DNA of 64,000 nucleotides from Bugula neritina (Eukaryota; Animalia; Bryozoa), in assembly GCA_964035545.1 (NCBI GenBank), contig OZ037766.1:17881081-17945080 (forward strand), in the 5' to 3' direction. Below, piece after piece: positions 23,901 through 39,900 of this stretch (position 1 is the first letter of the stretch; every line of letters starts with the position of its first letter). The notes beneath the pieces are model-generated. The model saw only the letters and a list, made by a program, of their open reading frames with translations. It was not told where the DNA came from and did not search any database. Position numbers and translations under genes: made by a program.

Positions 23901-26900
23901 GTTGCAGTATGATGCAGTATGTTTCAGTGTATTTCTGTATGTTACAGTAAATTTCAGTATGTTGCAGTATATTTCAGTATGTTACAGTATGTTTCAGTAT
24001 GTTGCAGTATATTTCAGTGGGTTATAGTATATTTCAGTATGTTACAGCGTATTTCAGTATGTTACAGTGTATTTCAGTATGTTGCAGCATTTTGCAATAT
24101 ATTTCAGTATGTTACAGCGTATTTCAGTATGTTGCAGTATATTTCAGTATCTTGCAGTATATCTCAGTATGTTACAGTATATTTCAGTATGTTACAGCAT
24201 ATTTCAGTGTGTTACAGTATGTTGAGTATATTTCAGTAGTTTGCAACATATTTCAGTAGGTTACCAGATATTTCGGTATGTTGCAGCATATTTCAATGTG
24301 TTGCAGTGTATTTCAATATGTTACAGTGTATTTCAGTATGTTGCAGTATGTTTCAGTATGTTGCAGTATATTTCAGTGGGTTATAGTATATTTCAGTATG
24401 ATACAGCGTATTTCAGTATGTTACAGTGTATTTCAGTATGTTGCAGTATTTTGCAATATATTTCAGTATGTTACAGCGTATTTCAGTATGTTGCAGTATA
24501 TTTCAGTATGTTACAAAAAATTTCAGTATGTTACAGTACATTTCCGTAAATTACACTATACTTCAGTGAGTTGTAGTGTATTTCAGTATCTTGCAGTATA
24601 TCTCAGTATGTTACTGTATATTTCAGTATGTTACACTATGTTTCAGTGTGTTACAGTAAATTTCAGTATGTTACAGTGCATTTGCAGATATTACGCTATA
24701 CTTCAGTGAGTTTTAGTGTCTTTCAGTATGTTGCAGTATATTTCAGTATGTTGCAGTATTTTGCAATACATTTTAGTATGTTACAGTGTATTTTAGTATG
24801 TTGCAATATATTTCAGTATGATACAATAAATTCCAGTATGTTACAGTACATTTCCATAAATTACACTATACTTCAGTGAGTTGTAGTACATTTTGGTATC
24901 TTGCAGTATATCTCAGTAGGTTACAGTATATTTCAGTATGTTGCAGTATATTTCAGTATGTTTCAGTATATTTCAGTGTATTTCAGTAGGTTTCAGTGTT
25001 TTGCAGTATAATTCAGCATGTTGCAGTATATTTCAGTATCTTGCAGTATATCTCAGTATGTTACAGTATATTTCAGTATGTTACAGCATATTTCAGTGTG
25101 TTAGAGTATGTTGAGTATATTTCAGTAGTTTGCAACATATTTCAGTAGGTTACCAGATATTTCGGTATGTTGCAGCATATTTCAATGTGTTGCAGTGCAT
25201 TTCAATATGTTACAGTGTATTTCAGTATGTTGCAGTATGTTGCAGTATGATGCAGTATGTTGCAGTGTATTTCTGATTGTTACAGTGTATTTCAGTATGT
25301 TGCAGTATATTTCAGTATGTTACAGTATGTTTCAGTATGTTGCAGTATATTTCAGTGGGTTATAGTATATTTCAGTATGCTACAGCGTATTTCAGTATGT
25401 TACAGTGTATTTCAGTATGTTACAGTATGTTTCAGTATGTTGCAGTATATTTCCGTGGGTTATAGTATATTTCAGTATGATACAGCGTATTTCAGTATGT
25501 TTCAGTGTATTTCAGTATGTTGCGGTATTTTGCAATGCATTTCAGTATGTTACAGTGTATTTCAGTATGTTGCAGTATATTTCAGTATGTTACAATAAAT
25601 TTCAGTATGTTACAGTACATTTCCATAAATTACACTATACTTCAGTGAGTTGTAGTATATTTCAGTATCTTGCAGTATATCTCAGTTTGTTACAGTATAT
25701 TTCAGTGTGTTACAGTAAATTTCAGTATGTTACAGTGCATTTGCAGATATTACACTATACTTCAGTGAGTTTTAGTGTCTTTCAGTATGTTGCAGTATAT
25801 TTCAGTATGTTACAATAAATTTCAGTATGTTACAGTACATTTCCGTAAATTACACCATACTTCAGTGAGTTGCAGTATGATGCAGTATGTTTCAGTGTAT
25901 TTCTGTATGTTACAGTGTATTTCAGTATCTTGCAGTATATTTCAGTATGTTACAGTATGTTTCAGTATGTTGCAGTATATTTCAGTGGGTTATAGTATAT
26001 TTCAGTATGATACAGCGTATTTCAGTATGTTACAGTGTATTTCAGTATGTTGCAGTATTTTGCAATATATTTCAGTATGTTACAGCGTATTTCAGTATGT
26101 TGCAGTATATTTCAGTATGTTGCAGTGTTTTGCAATATATTTTAGTATGTTACAGTGTATTTCAGTACGTTGCAGTATATTTCAGTATGATACAATAAAT
26201 TTCAGTGTGTTACAGTACATATCTGCAAATTACACTATACTTCAGTGAGTTGTAGTATATTTCAGTATCTTGCAGTATATCTCAGTATGTTACAGTTTAT
26301 TTCAGTATGTTCCAGTATATTTCAGCGTGTTTCAGTATATTTCAGTATGCCACAGTGCATTTTTAGATTTTTCACTATACTTCAGTGAGTTTTAGTGTCT
26401 TTCAGTATGTTGCAGTATATTTCGGTATCTTGCAACTTATTTCAATGTGTTGCAATGTATTTCAATATGTTACAGTGTATTTCAGTATGTTGCAGTATGT
26501 TGCAGTGTATTTCAGTATGTTACAGTGTATTTCAGTAGGTTTCAGTATCTTGCAGTATATTTCAGTATGTTGCAGTATATTTCAGTGGGTTACAGTATAT
26601 TCCAGTATGTTCCAGTATGTTGCAGTATATTTCAGTATGTTACAGTGTATTTCAGTATGTTGCAGTATGTTGCAGTGTATTTCTGTATGTTACAGCGTAT
26701 TTCTGTATGTTACAGTGTGTTTCAGTAGTTTGCAACATATTTCAGTAGGTTACCATATATTTCGGTATGTTGCAGCATATTTCAACGCGTTGCAGTGTAT
26801 TTGAATATGTTACAGTGTATTTCAGTATGTTGCAGTATGTTGCAGTGTATTTCTGTATGTTACAGGGTATTTCAGTATGTTGCAGTATATTTCAGTATGT

Positions 26901-29900
26901 TACAGTATGGTACAGTATGTTGCAGTATATTTCCGTGGGTTATAGTGTATTTCAGTATGATACAGCGTATTTCAGTATGTTACAGTGTATTTCAGTATGT
27001 TGTAGTATTTTGCAATGCATTTCAGTATGTTACAGTGTATTTCAGTATGTTGCAGTATATTTCAGTATGTTATAATAAATTTCAGTATGTTACAGTACAT
27101 TTCCGTAAATTACACTATACCTCAGTGAGTTGTAGTATATTTCAGTATCTTGCAGTATATCTCAGTATGTTACAGTATATTTCAGTATGTTACAGCATAT
27201 TTCAGTGTGTTACAGTATGTTGAGTATATTTCAGTAGTTTGCAACATATTTCAGTAGGTTACCAGATATTTCCGTATGTTGCCGCATATTTCAATGTGTT
27301 GCAGTGCATTTCAATATGTTACAGTGTATTTCAGTATGTTGCAGTATGTTGCAGTCTGATGCAGTATGTTGCAGTGTATTTCTGATTGTTACAGTGTATT
27401 TCAGTATGTTGCAGTATATTTCAGTATGTTACAGTATGTTTCACTATGTTGCAGTATATTTCAGTGGGTTATAGTATATTTCAGTATGATACAGCGTATT
27501 TCAGTATGTTACAGTGTATTTCAGTATGTTGCAGCATTTTGCAATATATTTCAGTATGTTACAGCGTATTTCAGTATGTTGCAGTATATTTCAGTATGTT
27601 ACAATAAATTTCAGTATGTTACAGTACATTTTCGTAAATTACACCATACTTCAGTGAGTTGTAGTATATTTCAGTATCTTGCAGTATATCTCAGTATGTT
27701 ACTGTATATTTCAGTATGTTACAGTATATTTCAGTGTGTTACAGTAAATTTCAGTATGTTACAGTGCATTTGCAGATATTACACTATACTTCAGTGAGTT
27801 TTAGTGTCTTTCAGTATGTTCCAGTATATTTAAGTATGTTGCAGTATTTTGCAATATATTTTAGTATGTTACAGTGTATTTCAGTACGTTGCAGTATATT
27901 TCAGTATGATACAATAAATTTCAGTGTGTTACAGTACATTTCTGCAAATTACACTATACTTCAGTGTGTTGTAGTATTTTTCAGTATCTTGCAGTATATC
28001 TCAGTATGTTACAGTTTATTTCAGTATGTTCCAGTATATTTCAGCGTGTTTCAGTATATTTCAGCATGCCACAGTACATTTTTAGATTTTTCACTATACT
28101 TCAGTGAGTTTTAGTGTCTTTCAGTATGTTTCAGTATAATTCGGTATCTTGCAACTTATTTCAATGTGTTGCAATGTATTTCAATATGTTACAGTGTATT
28201 TAAGTATGTTGCAGTATGTTGCAGTGTATTTCAGTATGTTACAGTGTATTTCAGTAGGTTTCAGTATCTTGCAGTATATTTCAGTATGTTGCAGTATATT
28301 TCAGTGGGTTACAGTATATTCCAGTATGTTCCAGTATGTTGCAGTATATTTCAGTATGTTGCAGTGTATTTCAGTATGTTACAGTGTATTTCAGTATGTT
28401 GCAGTATGTTGCAGTGTATTTCTGTATGTTACAGCGTATTTCTGTATGTTACAGTGTATTTCAGTAGTTTGCAACATATTTCAGTAGGTTACCATATATT
28501 TCGGTATGTTGCAGCATATTTCAATGTGTTGCAGTGTATTTCAATATGTTACAGTGTATTTCAGTATGTTGCAGTATGTTGCAGTGTATTTCTGTATGTT
28601 ACAGAGTATTTCAGTATGTTGCAGTGTATTTCAGTATGTTGCAGTATATTTCAGTCTGTTACAGTATGTTTCAGTATGTTGCAGTATATTTCAGTGGGTT
28701 ATAGTATATTTCAGTATGATACAGCGTATTTCAGTATGTTACAGTATATTTCAGTGTGTTACAGTATGTTGAGTATATTTCAGTAGTTTGCAACATATTT
28801 CAGTAGGTTACCAGATACTTCGGTATGTTGCAGCATATTTCAATGTGTTGCAGTGTATTTCAATATGTTACAGTGTATTTCAGTATGTTGCAGTATGTTG
28901 CAGTATGATGCAGTATGTTGCAGTGTATTTCTGATTGTTACAGTGTATTTCAGTATGTTGCAGTATATTTCAGTATGTTACAGTAAATTTCAGTATGTTA
29001 CAGTGCATTTGCAGATATTACACTATACTTCAGTGAGTTTTAGTGTCTTTCAGTATGTTGCAGTATATTACAGTATGTTGCAGTATTTTGCAATACATTT
29101 TAGTATGCTACAGTGTATTTTAGTATGTTGCAATATATTTCAGTATGATACAATAAATTCCAGTATGTTACAGTACATTTCCATAAATTACACTATACTT
29201 CAGTGAGTTGTAGTACATTTTGGTATCTTGCAGTATATCTCAGTAGGTTACAGTATATTTCAGTATGTTGCAGTATATTTCAGCATGTTTCAGTATATTT
29301 CAGTATGTCACAGTGCGTTTCCAGATATTACACTATACTTCAGTGAGTTTTAGTGTTTTTCAGTATGTTGCAGTATGTTGCAGTGTATTTCAGTATGTTA
29401 CAGTGTATTTCAGTAGGTTTCAGTGTCTTGCAGTATAATTCAGCATGTTGCAGTATATTTCAGGATGTTGCAGTATGTTTCAGTATGTTACAGTACTTTG
29501 CAGTATTTTGCAGTATAGTTCAGTGTGTTACAGTATATTTCATTATGTCGCAGTATGTTGCAGTATATTTCAGTAGTTTGCAACATATTTCAGTAGGTTA
29601 CCATATATTTCGGTATGTTGCAGCATATTTCAATGTGTTGCAGTGTATTTCAATATGTTACAGTGTATTTCAGTATGTTGCAGTATGTTGCAGTATGATG
29701 CAGTATGTTGCAGTGTATTTCTGATTGTTACAGTGTATTTCAGTATGTTGCAGTATATTTCAGTATGTTACAGTATGTTTCAGTATGTTGCAGTATATTT
29801 CAGTGGGTTATAGTATATTTCAGTATGATACAGCGTATTTCAGTATGTTACAGTGTATTTCAGTATGTTGCAGTATTTTGCAATATATTTCAGTATGTTA

Positions 29901-32900
29901 CAGCGTATTTCAGTATGTTGCAGTATATTTCAGTATGTTACAAAAAATTTCAGTATGTTACAGTACATTTCCGTAAATTACACTATACTTCAGTGAGTTG
30001 TAGTGTATTTCAGTATCTTGCAGTATATCTCAGTATGTTACTGTATATTTCAGTATGTTACAGTATGTTTCAGTGTGTTACAGTAAATTTCAGTATGTTA
30101 CAGTGCATTTGCAGATATTACACTATACTTCAGTGAGTTTTAGTGTCTTTCAGTATGTTGCAGTATATTTCAGTATGTTGCAGTATTTTGCAATACATTT
30201 TAGTATGCTACAGTGTATTTTAGTATGTTGCAATATATTTCAGTATGATACAATAAATTCCAGTATGTTACAGTACATTTCCATAAATTACACTATACTT
30301 CAGTGAGTTGTAGTACATTTTGGTATCTTGCAGTATATCTCAGTAGGTTACAGTATATTTCAGTATGTTGCAGTATATTTCAGCATGTTTCAGTATATTT
30401 CAGTATGTCACAGTGCGTTTCCAGATATTACACTATACTTCAGTGAGTTTTAGTGTTTTTCAGTATGTTGCAGTATGTTGCAGTGTATTTCAGTATGTTA
30501 CAGTGTATTTCAGTAGGTTTCAGTGTCTTGCAGTATAATTCAGCATGTTGCAGTATATTTCAGGATGTTGCAGTATGTTTCAGTATGTTACAGTATTTTG
30601 CAGTATTTTGCAGTATAGTTCAGTGTGTTACAGTATATTTCATTATGTTGCAGTATGTTGCAGTATATTTCAGTAGTTTGCAACATATTTCAGTAGGTTA
30701 CCATATATTTCGGTATGTTGCAGCATATTTCAATGTGTTGCAGTGTATTTCAACATGTTACAGTGTATTTCAGTATGTTGCAGTATGTTGCAGTATGATG
30801 CAGTATGTTTCAGTGTATTTCTGTATGTTACAGTGTATTTCAGTATGTTGCAGTATATTTCAGTATGTTACAGTATGTTTCAGTATGTTGCAGTATATTT
30901 CAGTGGGTTATAGTATATTTCAATATGATACAGCGTATTTCAGTATGTTACAGTGTATTTCAGTATGTTGCAGCATTTTGCAATATATTTCAGTATGTTA
31001 CAGCGTATTTCAGTATGTTGCAGTATATTTCCGTAAATTACACCATACTTCAGTGAGTTGTAGTATATTTCAGTATCTTGCAGTATATCTCAGTATGTTA
31101 CTGTATATTTCAGTATGTTACAGTATATTTCAGTGTGTTACAGTAAATTTCAGTATGTTACAGTGCATTTGCAGATATTACACTATACTTCAGTGAGTTT
31201 TAGTGTCTTTCAGTATGTTCCAGTATATTTAAGTATGTTGCAGTATTTTGCAATATATTTTAGCATGTTACAGTGTATTTCAGTACGTTGCAGCATATTT
31301 CAGTATGATACAATAAATTTCAGTGTGTTACAGTACATTTCTGCAAATTACACTATACTTCAGTGAGTTGTAGTATATTTCAGTATCTTGCAGTATATCT
31401 CAGTATGTTTCAGTTTATTTCAGTATGTTCCAGTATATTTCAGCGTGTTTCAGTATATTTCAGCATGCCACAGTACATTTTTAGATTTTTCACTATACTT
31501 CAGTGAGTTTTAGTGTCTTTCAGTATGTTGCAGTATAATTCGGTATCTTGCAACTTATTTCAATGTGTTGCAATGTATTTCAATATGTTACAGTGTATTT
31601 AAGTATGTTGCAGTATGTTGCAGTGTATTTCAGTATGTTACAGTGTATTTCAGTAGGTTTCAGTATCTTGTAGTATATTTCAGTATGTTGCAGTATATTT
31701 CAGTGGGTTACAGTATATTCCAGTATGTTCCAGTATGTTGCAGTATATTTCAGTATGTTGCAGTGTATTTCAGTATGTTACAGTGTATTTCAGTATGTTG
31801 CAGTATGTTGCAGTGTATTTCTGTATGTTACAGCGTATTTCCGTATGTTACAGTGTATTTCAGTAGTTTGCAACATATTTCAGTAGGTTACCATATATTT
31901 CGGTATGTTGCAGCATATTTCAATGTGTTGCAGTGTATTTCAATATGTTACAGTGTATTTCAGTATGTTGCAGTATGTTGCAGTGTATTTCTGTATGTTA
32001 CAGGGTATTTCAGTATGTTGCAGTGTATTTCAGTATGTTGCAGTATGTTGCAGTATGTTACAGTATGTTTCAGTATGTTGCAGTATATTTCAGTGGGTTA
32101 TAGTATATTTCAGTATGATACAGCGTATTTGAGTATGTCACAGTATATTTCAGTGTGTTACAGTATGTTGAGTATATTTCAGTAGTTTGCAACATATTTC
32201 AGTAGGTTACCAGATATTTCGGTATGTTGCAGCATATTTCAATGTGTTGCAGTGTATTTCAATATGTTACAGTGTATTTCAGTATGTTGCAGTATGTTGC
32301 AGTATGATGCAGTACGTTGCAGTGTATTTCTGATTGTTACAGTGTATTTCAGTATGTTGCAGTATATTTCAGTATGTTAAAGTATGTTTCAGTATGTTGC
32401 AGTATATTTCAGTGGGTTATAGTATATTTCAGTATGATACAGCGTATTTCAGTATGTTACAGTGTATTTCAGTATGTTGCAGCATTTTGCAATATATTTC
32501 AGTATGTTACAGCGTATTTCAGTATGTTGCAGTATATTTCAGTATGTTACAATAAATTTCAGTACGTTACAGTACATTTCCGTAAATTACACCATACTTC
32601 AGTGAGTTGTAGTATATTTCAGTATCTTGCAGTATATCTCAGTATGTTACTGTATATTTCAGTATGTTACAGTATATTTCAGTGTGTTACAGTGCATTTG
32701 CAGATATTACACTATACTTCAGTGAGTTTTAGTGTCTTTCAATATGTTACAGTGTATTTCAGTATGTTGCAGTATGTTGCAGTATGATGCAGTATGTTGC
32801 AGTGTATTTCTGATTGTTACAGTGTATTTCAGTATGTTGCAGTATATTTCAGTATGTTACAGTATGTTTCAGTATGTTGCAGTATATTTCAGTGGGTTAT

Positions 32901-35900
32901 AGTATATTTCAGTATGATACAGCGTATTTCTGTATGTTACAGTGTATTTCAGTATGTTACAGTATGTTTCAGTATGTTGCAGTATATTTCCGTGGGTTAT
33001 AGTATATTTCAGTATGATACAGCGTATTTCAGTATGTTTCAGTGTATTTCAGTATGTTGCGGTATTTTGCAATGCATTTCAGTATGTTACAGTGTATTTC
33101 AGTATGTTGCAGTATATTTCAGTATGTTACAATAAATTTCAGTATGTTACAGTACATTTCCATAAATTACACTATACTTCAGTGAGTTGTAGTATATTTC
33201 AGTATCTTGCAGTATATCTCAGTTTGTTACAGTATATTTCAGTGTGTTACAGTAAATTTCAGTATGTTACAGTGCATTTGCAGATATTACACTATACTTC
33301 AGTGAGTTTTAGTGTCTTTCAGTATGTTGCAGTATATTTAAGTATGTTGCAGTATTTTGCAATATATTTTAGTATGTTACAGTGTATTTCAGTACGTTGC
33401 AGTATATTTCAGTATGATACAATAAATTTCAGTGTGTTACAGTACATTTCTGCAAATTACACTATACTTCAGTGAGTTGTAGTATATTTCAGTATCTTGC
33501 AGTATATCTCAGTATGTTACAGTTTATTTCAGTATGTTCCAGTATATTTCAGCGTGTTTCAGTATATTTCAGTATGCCACAGTGCATTTTTAGATTTTTC
33601 ACTATACTTCAGTGAATTTTAGTGTCTTTCAGTATGTTGCAGTATATTTCGGTATCTTGCAACTTATTTCAATGTGTTGCAATGTATTTCAATATGTTAC
33701 AGTGTATTTCAGTATGTTGCAGTATGTTGCAGTGTATTTCAGTATGTTACAGTGTATTTCAGTAGGTTTCAGTATCTTGCAGTATATTTCAGTATGTTGC
33801 AGTATATTTCAGTGGGTTACAGTATATTCCAGTATGTTCCATTATGTTGCAGTATATTTCAGTATGTTGCAGTGTATTTCAGTATGTTACAGTGTATTTC
33901 AGTATGTTGCAGTATGTTGCAGTGTATTTCTGTATGTTACAGCGTATTTCTGTATGTTACAGTGTATTTCAGTAGTTTGCAACATATTTCAGTAGGTTAC
34001 CATATATTTCGGTATGTTGCAGCATATTTCAATGAATTGCAGTGTATTTCAATATGTTACAGTGTATTTCAGTATGTTGCAGTATGTTGCAGTGTATTTC
34101 TGTATGTTACAGGGTATTTCAGTATGTTGCAGTATATTTCAGTATGTTACAGTATGTTTCAGTATGTTGCAGTATATTTCCATGGGTTATAGTATATTTC
34201 AGTATGATACAGCGTATTTCAGTATGTTACAGTGTATTTCAGTATGTTGCAGTATTTTGGAAAGCATTTCAGTATGTTACAGTGTATTTCAGTATGTTGC
34301 AGTATATTTCAGTATGTTACAATAAATTTCAGTATGTAACAGTACATTTCCGTAAATTACACCATACTTCAGTGAGTTGTAGTATATTTCAGTATTCGGC
34401 AGTATATCTCAGTATGTTACAGTATATTTCAGTATGTTACAGTATATTTCAGTGTGTTACAGTATGTTGAGTATATTTCAGTAGTTTGCAACATATTTCA
34501 GTAGGTTACCAGATATTTCGGTATGTGGCAGCATATTTCAATGTGTTGCAGTGTATTTCAATATGTTACAGTGTATTTCAGCATGTTGCAGTATGTTGCA
34601 GTATGATGCAGTATGTTTCAGTGTATTTCTGTATGTTACAGTGTATTTCAGTATCTTGCAGTATATTTCAGTATGTTACAGTATGTTTCAGTATGTTGCA
34701 GTATATTTCAGTGGGTTATAGTATATTTCAGTATGATACAGCGTATTTCAGTATGTTACAGTGTATTTCAGTATGTTGCAGTATTTTGCAATATATTTCA
34801 GTATGTTACAGCGTATTTCAGTATGTTGCAGTATATTTCAGTATGTTGCAGTATTTTGCAATATATTTTAGTATGTTACATTGTATTTCAGTACGTTGCA
34901 GTATATTTCAGTATGATACAATAAATTTCAGTGTGTTACAGTACATATCTGCAAATTACACTATACTTCAGTGAGTTGTAGTATATTTCAGTATCTTGCA
35001 GTATATCTCAGTATGTTACAGTTTATTTCAGTATGTTCCAGTATATTTCAGCGTGTTTCAGTATATTTCAGTATGCCACAGTGCATTTTTAGATTTTTCA
35101 CTATACTTCAGTGAGTTTTAGTGTCTTTCAGTATGTTGCAGTATATTTCGGTATCTTGCAACTTATTTCAATGTGTTGCAATGTATTTCAATATGTTACA
35201 GTGTATTTCAGTATGTTGCAGTATGTTGCAGTGTATTTCAGTATGTTACAGTGTATTTCAGTAGGTTTCAGTATCTTGCAGTATATTTCAGTATGTTGCA
35301 GTATATTTCAGTGGGTTACAGTATATTCCAGTATGTTCCAGTATGTTGCAGTATATTTCAGTATGTTACAGTGTATTTCAGTATGTTGCAGTATGTTGCA
35401 GTGTATTTCTGTATGTTACAGCGTATTTCTGTATGTTACAGTGTGTTTCAGTAGTTTGCAACATATTTCAGTAGGTTACCATATATTTCGGTATGTTGCA
35501 GCATATTTCAACGCGTTGCAGTGTATTTGAATATGTTACAGTGTATTTCAGTATGTTGCAGTATGTTGCAGTGTATTTCTGTATGTTACAGGGTATTTCA
35601 GTATGTTGCAGTATATTTCAGTATGTTACAGTATGGTACAGTATGTTGCAGTATATTTCCGTGGGTTATAGTGTATTTCAGTATGATACAGCGTATTTCA
35701 GTATGTTACAGTGTATTTCAGTGTGTTGCAGTATTTTGCAATGCATTTCAGTATGTTACAGTGTATTTCAGTATGTTGCAGTATATTTCAGTATGTTATA
35801 ATAAATTTCAGTATGTTACAGTACATTTCCGTAAATTACACTATACCTCAGTGAGTTGTAGTATATTTCAGTATCTTGCAGTATATCTCAGTATGTTACA

Positions 35901-36984
35901 GTATATTTCAGTATGTTACAGCATATTTCAGTGTGTTACAGTATGTTGAGTATATTTCAGTAGTTTGCAACATATTTCAGTAGGTTACCAGATATTTCCG
36001 TATGTTGCAGCATATTTCAATGTGTTGCAGTGCATTTCAATATGTTACAGTGTATTTCAGTATGTTGCAGTATGTTGCAGTATGATGCGGTATGTTGCAG
36101 TGCATTTCTGATTGTTACAGTGTATTTCAGTATGTTGCAGTATATTTCAGTATGTTACAGTATGTTTCACTATGTTGCAGTATATTTCAGTGGGTTATAG
36201 TATATTTCAGTATGATACAGCGTATTTCAGTATGTTACAGTGTATTTCAGTATGTTACAGTATGTTTCAGTATGTTGCAGTATATTTCCGTGGGTTATAG
36301 TATATTTCAGTATGATACAGCGTATTTCAGTATGTTTCAGTGTATTTCAGTATGTTGCGGTATTTTGCAATGCATTTCAGTATGTTACAGTGTATTTCAG
36401 TATGTTGCAGTATATTTCAGTATGTTACAATAAATTCCAGTATGTTACAGTACATTTCCGTAAATTATACAATACTTCAGTGAGTTGTAGTATATTTCAG
36501 TATCTTGCAGCATATCTCAGTATGTTACAGTATATTTCAGTATGTTACAGTATATTTCAGTGTGTTACAGTATGTTGAGTATATTTCAGTAGTTTGCAAC
36601 ATATTTCAGTAGGTTACCAGATATTTCGGTATGTTGCAGCATATTTCAATGTGTTGCAGTGTATTTCAATATGTTACAGTGTATTTCAGTATGTTGCAGT
36701 ATGTTGCAGTATGATGCAGTATGTTTCAGTGTATTTCTGTATGTTACAGTGTATTTCAGTATGTTGCAGTATATTTCAGTATGTTACAGTATGTTTCAGT
36801 ATGTTGCAGTATATTTCAGTGGGTTATAGTATATTTCAGTATGATACAGCGTATTTCAGTATGTTACAGTGTATTTCAGTATGTTGCAGCATTTTGCAAT
36901 ATATTTCAGTATGTTACAGCGTATTTCAGTATGTTGCAGTATATTTCAGTATGTTACAATAAATTTCAGTATGTTACAGTACAT

Positions 36985-39900
36985 TTCCGTAAATTACACC
37001 ATACTTCAGTGAGTTGTAGTATATTTCAGTATCTTGCAGTATATCTCAGTATGTTACTGTATATTTCAGTATGTTACAGTATATTTCAGTGTGTTACAGT
37101 AAATTTCAGTATGTTACAGTGCATTTGCAGATATTACACTATACTTCAGTGAGTTTTAGTGTCTTTCAGTATGTTCCAGTATATTTAAGTATGTTGCAGT
37201 ATTTTGCAATATATTTTAGTATGTTACAGTGTATTTCAGTACGTTGCAGTATATTTCAGTATGATACAATAAATTTCAGTGTGTTACAGTACATTTCTGC
37301 AAATTACACTATACTTCAGTGTGTTGTAGTATATTTCAGTATCTTGCAGTATATCTCAGTATGTTACAGTTTATTTCAGTATGTTCCAGTATATTTCAGC
37401 GTGTTTCAGTATATTTCAGCATGCCACAGTACATTTTTAGATTTTTCACTATACTTCAGTGAGTTTTAGTGTCTTTCAGTATGTTTCAGTATAATTCGGT
37501 ATCTTGCAACTTATTTCAATGTGTTGCAATGTATTTCAATATGTTACAGTGTATTTAAGTATGTTGCAGTATGTTGCAGTGTATTTCAGTATGTTACAGT
37601 GTATTTCAGTAGGTTTCAGTATCTTGCAGTATATTTCAGTATAATGCAGTATATTTCAGTGGGTTACAGTATATTCCAGTATGTTCCAGTATGTTGCAGT
37701 ATATTTCAGTATGTTGCAGTGTATTTCAGTATGTTACAGTGTATTTCAGTATGTTGCAGTATGTTGCAGTGTATTTCTGTATGTTACAGTGTATTTCAGT
37801 AGTTTGCAACATATTTCAGTAGGTTACCATATATTTCGGTATGTTGCAGCATATTTCAATGTGTTGCAGTGTATTTCAATATGTTACAGTGTATTTCAGT
37901 ATGTTGCAGTATGTTGCAGTGTATTTCTGTATGTTACAGGGTATTTCAGTATCTTGCAGTGTATTTCAGTATGTTGCAGTATATTTCAGTATGTTACAGT
38001 ATGTTTCAGTATGTTGCAGTATATTTCAGTGGGTTATAGTATATTTCAGTATGATACAGCGTATTTCAGTATGTTACAGTATATTTCAGTGTGTTACAGT
38101 ATGTTGAGTATATTTCAGTAGTTTGCAACATATTTCAGTAGGTTACCAGATACTTCGGTATGTTGCAGCATATTTCAATGTGTTTCAGTGTATTTCAATA
38201 TGTTACAGTGTATTTCAGTATGTTGCAGTATGTTGCAGTATGATGCAGTATGTTGCAGTGTATTTCTGATTGTTACAGTGTATTTCAGTATGTTGCAGTA
38301 TATTTCAGTATGTTACAGTAAATTTCAGTATGTTACAGTGCATTTGCAGATATTACACTATACTTCAGTGAGTTTTAGTGTTTTTCAGCATGTTGCAGTA
38401 TGTTGCAGTGTATTTCAGTATGTTACAGTGTATTTCAGTAGGTTTCAGTGTCTTGCAGCATAATTCAGCATGTTGCAGTATATTTCAGGATGTTGCAGTA
38501 TGTTTCAGTATGTTACAGTATTTTGCAGTATTTTGCAGTATAGTTCAGTGTGTTACAGTATATTTCATTATGTTGCAGTATGTTGCAGTATATTTCAGTA
38601 GTTTGCAACATATTTCAGTAGGTTACCATATATTTCGGTATGTTGCAGCATATTTCAATGTGTTGCAGTGTATTTCAATATGTTACAGTGTATTTCAGTA
38701 TGTTGCAGTATGTTGCAGTATGATGCAGTATGTTGCAGTGTATTTCTGATTGTTACAGTGTATTTCAGTATGTTGCAGTATATTTCAGTATGTTACAGTA
38801 TGTTTCAGTATGTTGCAGTATATTTCAGTGGGTTATAGTATATTTCAGTATGATACAGCGTATTTCAGTATGTTACAGTGTATTTCAGTATGTTGCAGTA
38901 TTTTGCAATATATTTCAGTATGTTACAGCGTATTTCAGTATGTTGCAGTATATTTCAGTATGTTACAAAAAATTTCAGTATGTTACAGTACATTTCCGTA
39001 AATTACACTATACTTCAGTGAGTTGTAGTGTATTTCAGTATCTTGCAGTATATCTCAGTATGTTACTGTATATTTCAGTATGTTACAGTATGTTTCAGTG
39101 TGTTACAGTAAATTTCAGTATGTTACAGTGCATTTGCAGATATTACACTATACTTCAGTGAGTTTTAGTGTCTTTCAGTATGTTGCAGTATATTTCAGTA
39201 TGTTGCAGTATTTTGCAATACATTTTAGTATGCTACAGTGTATTTTAGTATGTTGCAAAATATTTCAGTATGATACAATAAATTCCAGTATGTTACAGTA
39301 CATTTCCATAAATTACACTATACTTCAGTGAGTTGTAGTACATTTTGGTATCTTGCAGTATATCTCAGTAGGTTACAGTATATTTCAGTATGTTGCAGTA
39401 TATTTCAGCATGTTTCAGTATATTTCAGTATGTCACAGTGCGTTTCCAGATATTACATTATACATCAGTGAGTTTTAGTGTTTTTCAGTATGTTGCAGTA
39501 TGTTGCAGTGTATTTCAGTATGTTACAGTGTATTTCAGTAGGTTTCAGTGTCTTGCAGTATAATTCAGCATGTTGCAGTATATTTCAGGATGTTGCAGTA
39601 TGTTTCAGTATGTTACAGTATTTTGCAGTATCTTGCAGTATAGTTCAGTGTGTTACAGTATATTTCATTATGTTGCAGTATGTTGCCGTATATTTCAGTA
39701 GCTTGCAACATATTTCAGTAGGTTACCATATATTTCGGTATGTTGCAGCATATTTCAATGTGTTGCAGTGTATTTCAATATGTTACAGTGTATTTCAGTA
39801 TGTTGCAGTATGTTGCAGTATGATGCAGTATGTTTCAGTGTATTTCTGTATGTTACAGTGTATTTCAGTATGTTGCAGTATATTTCAGTATGTTACAGTA

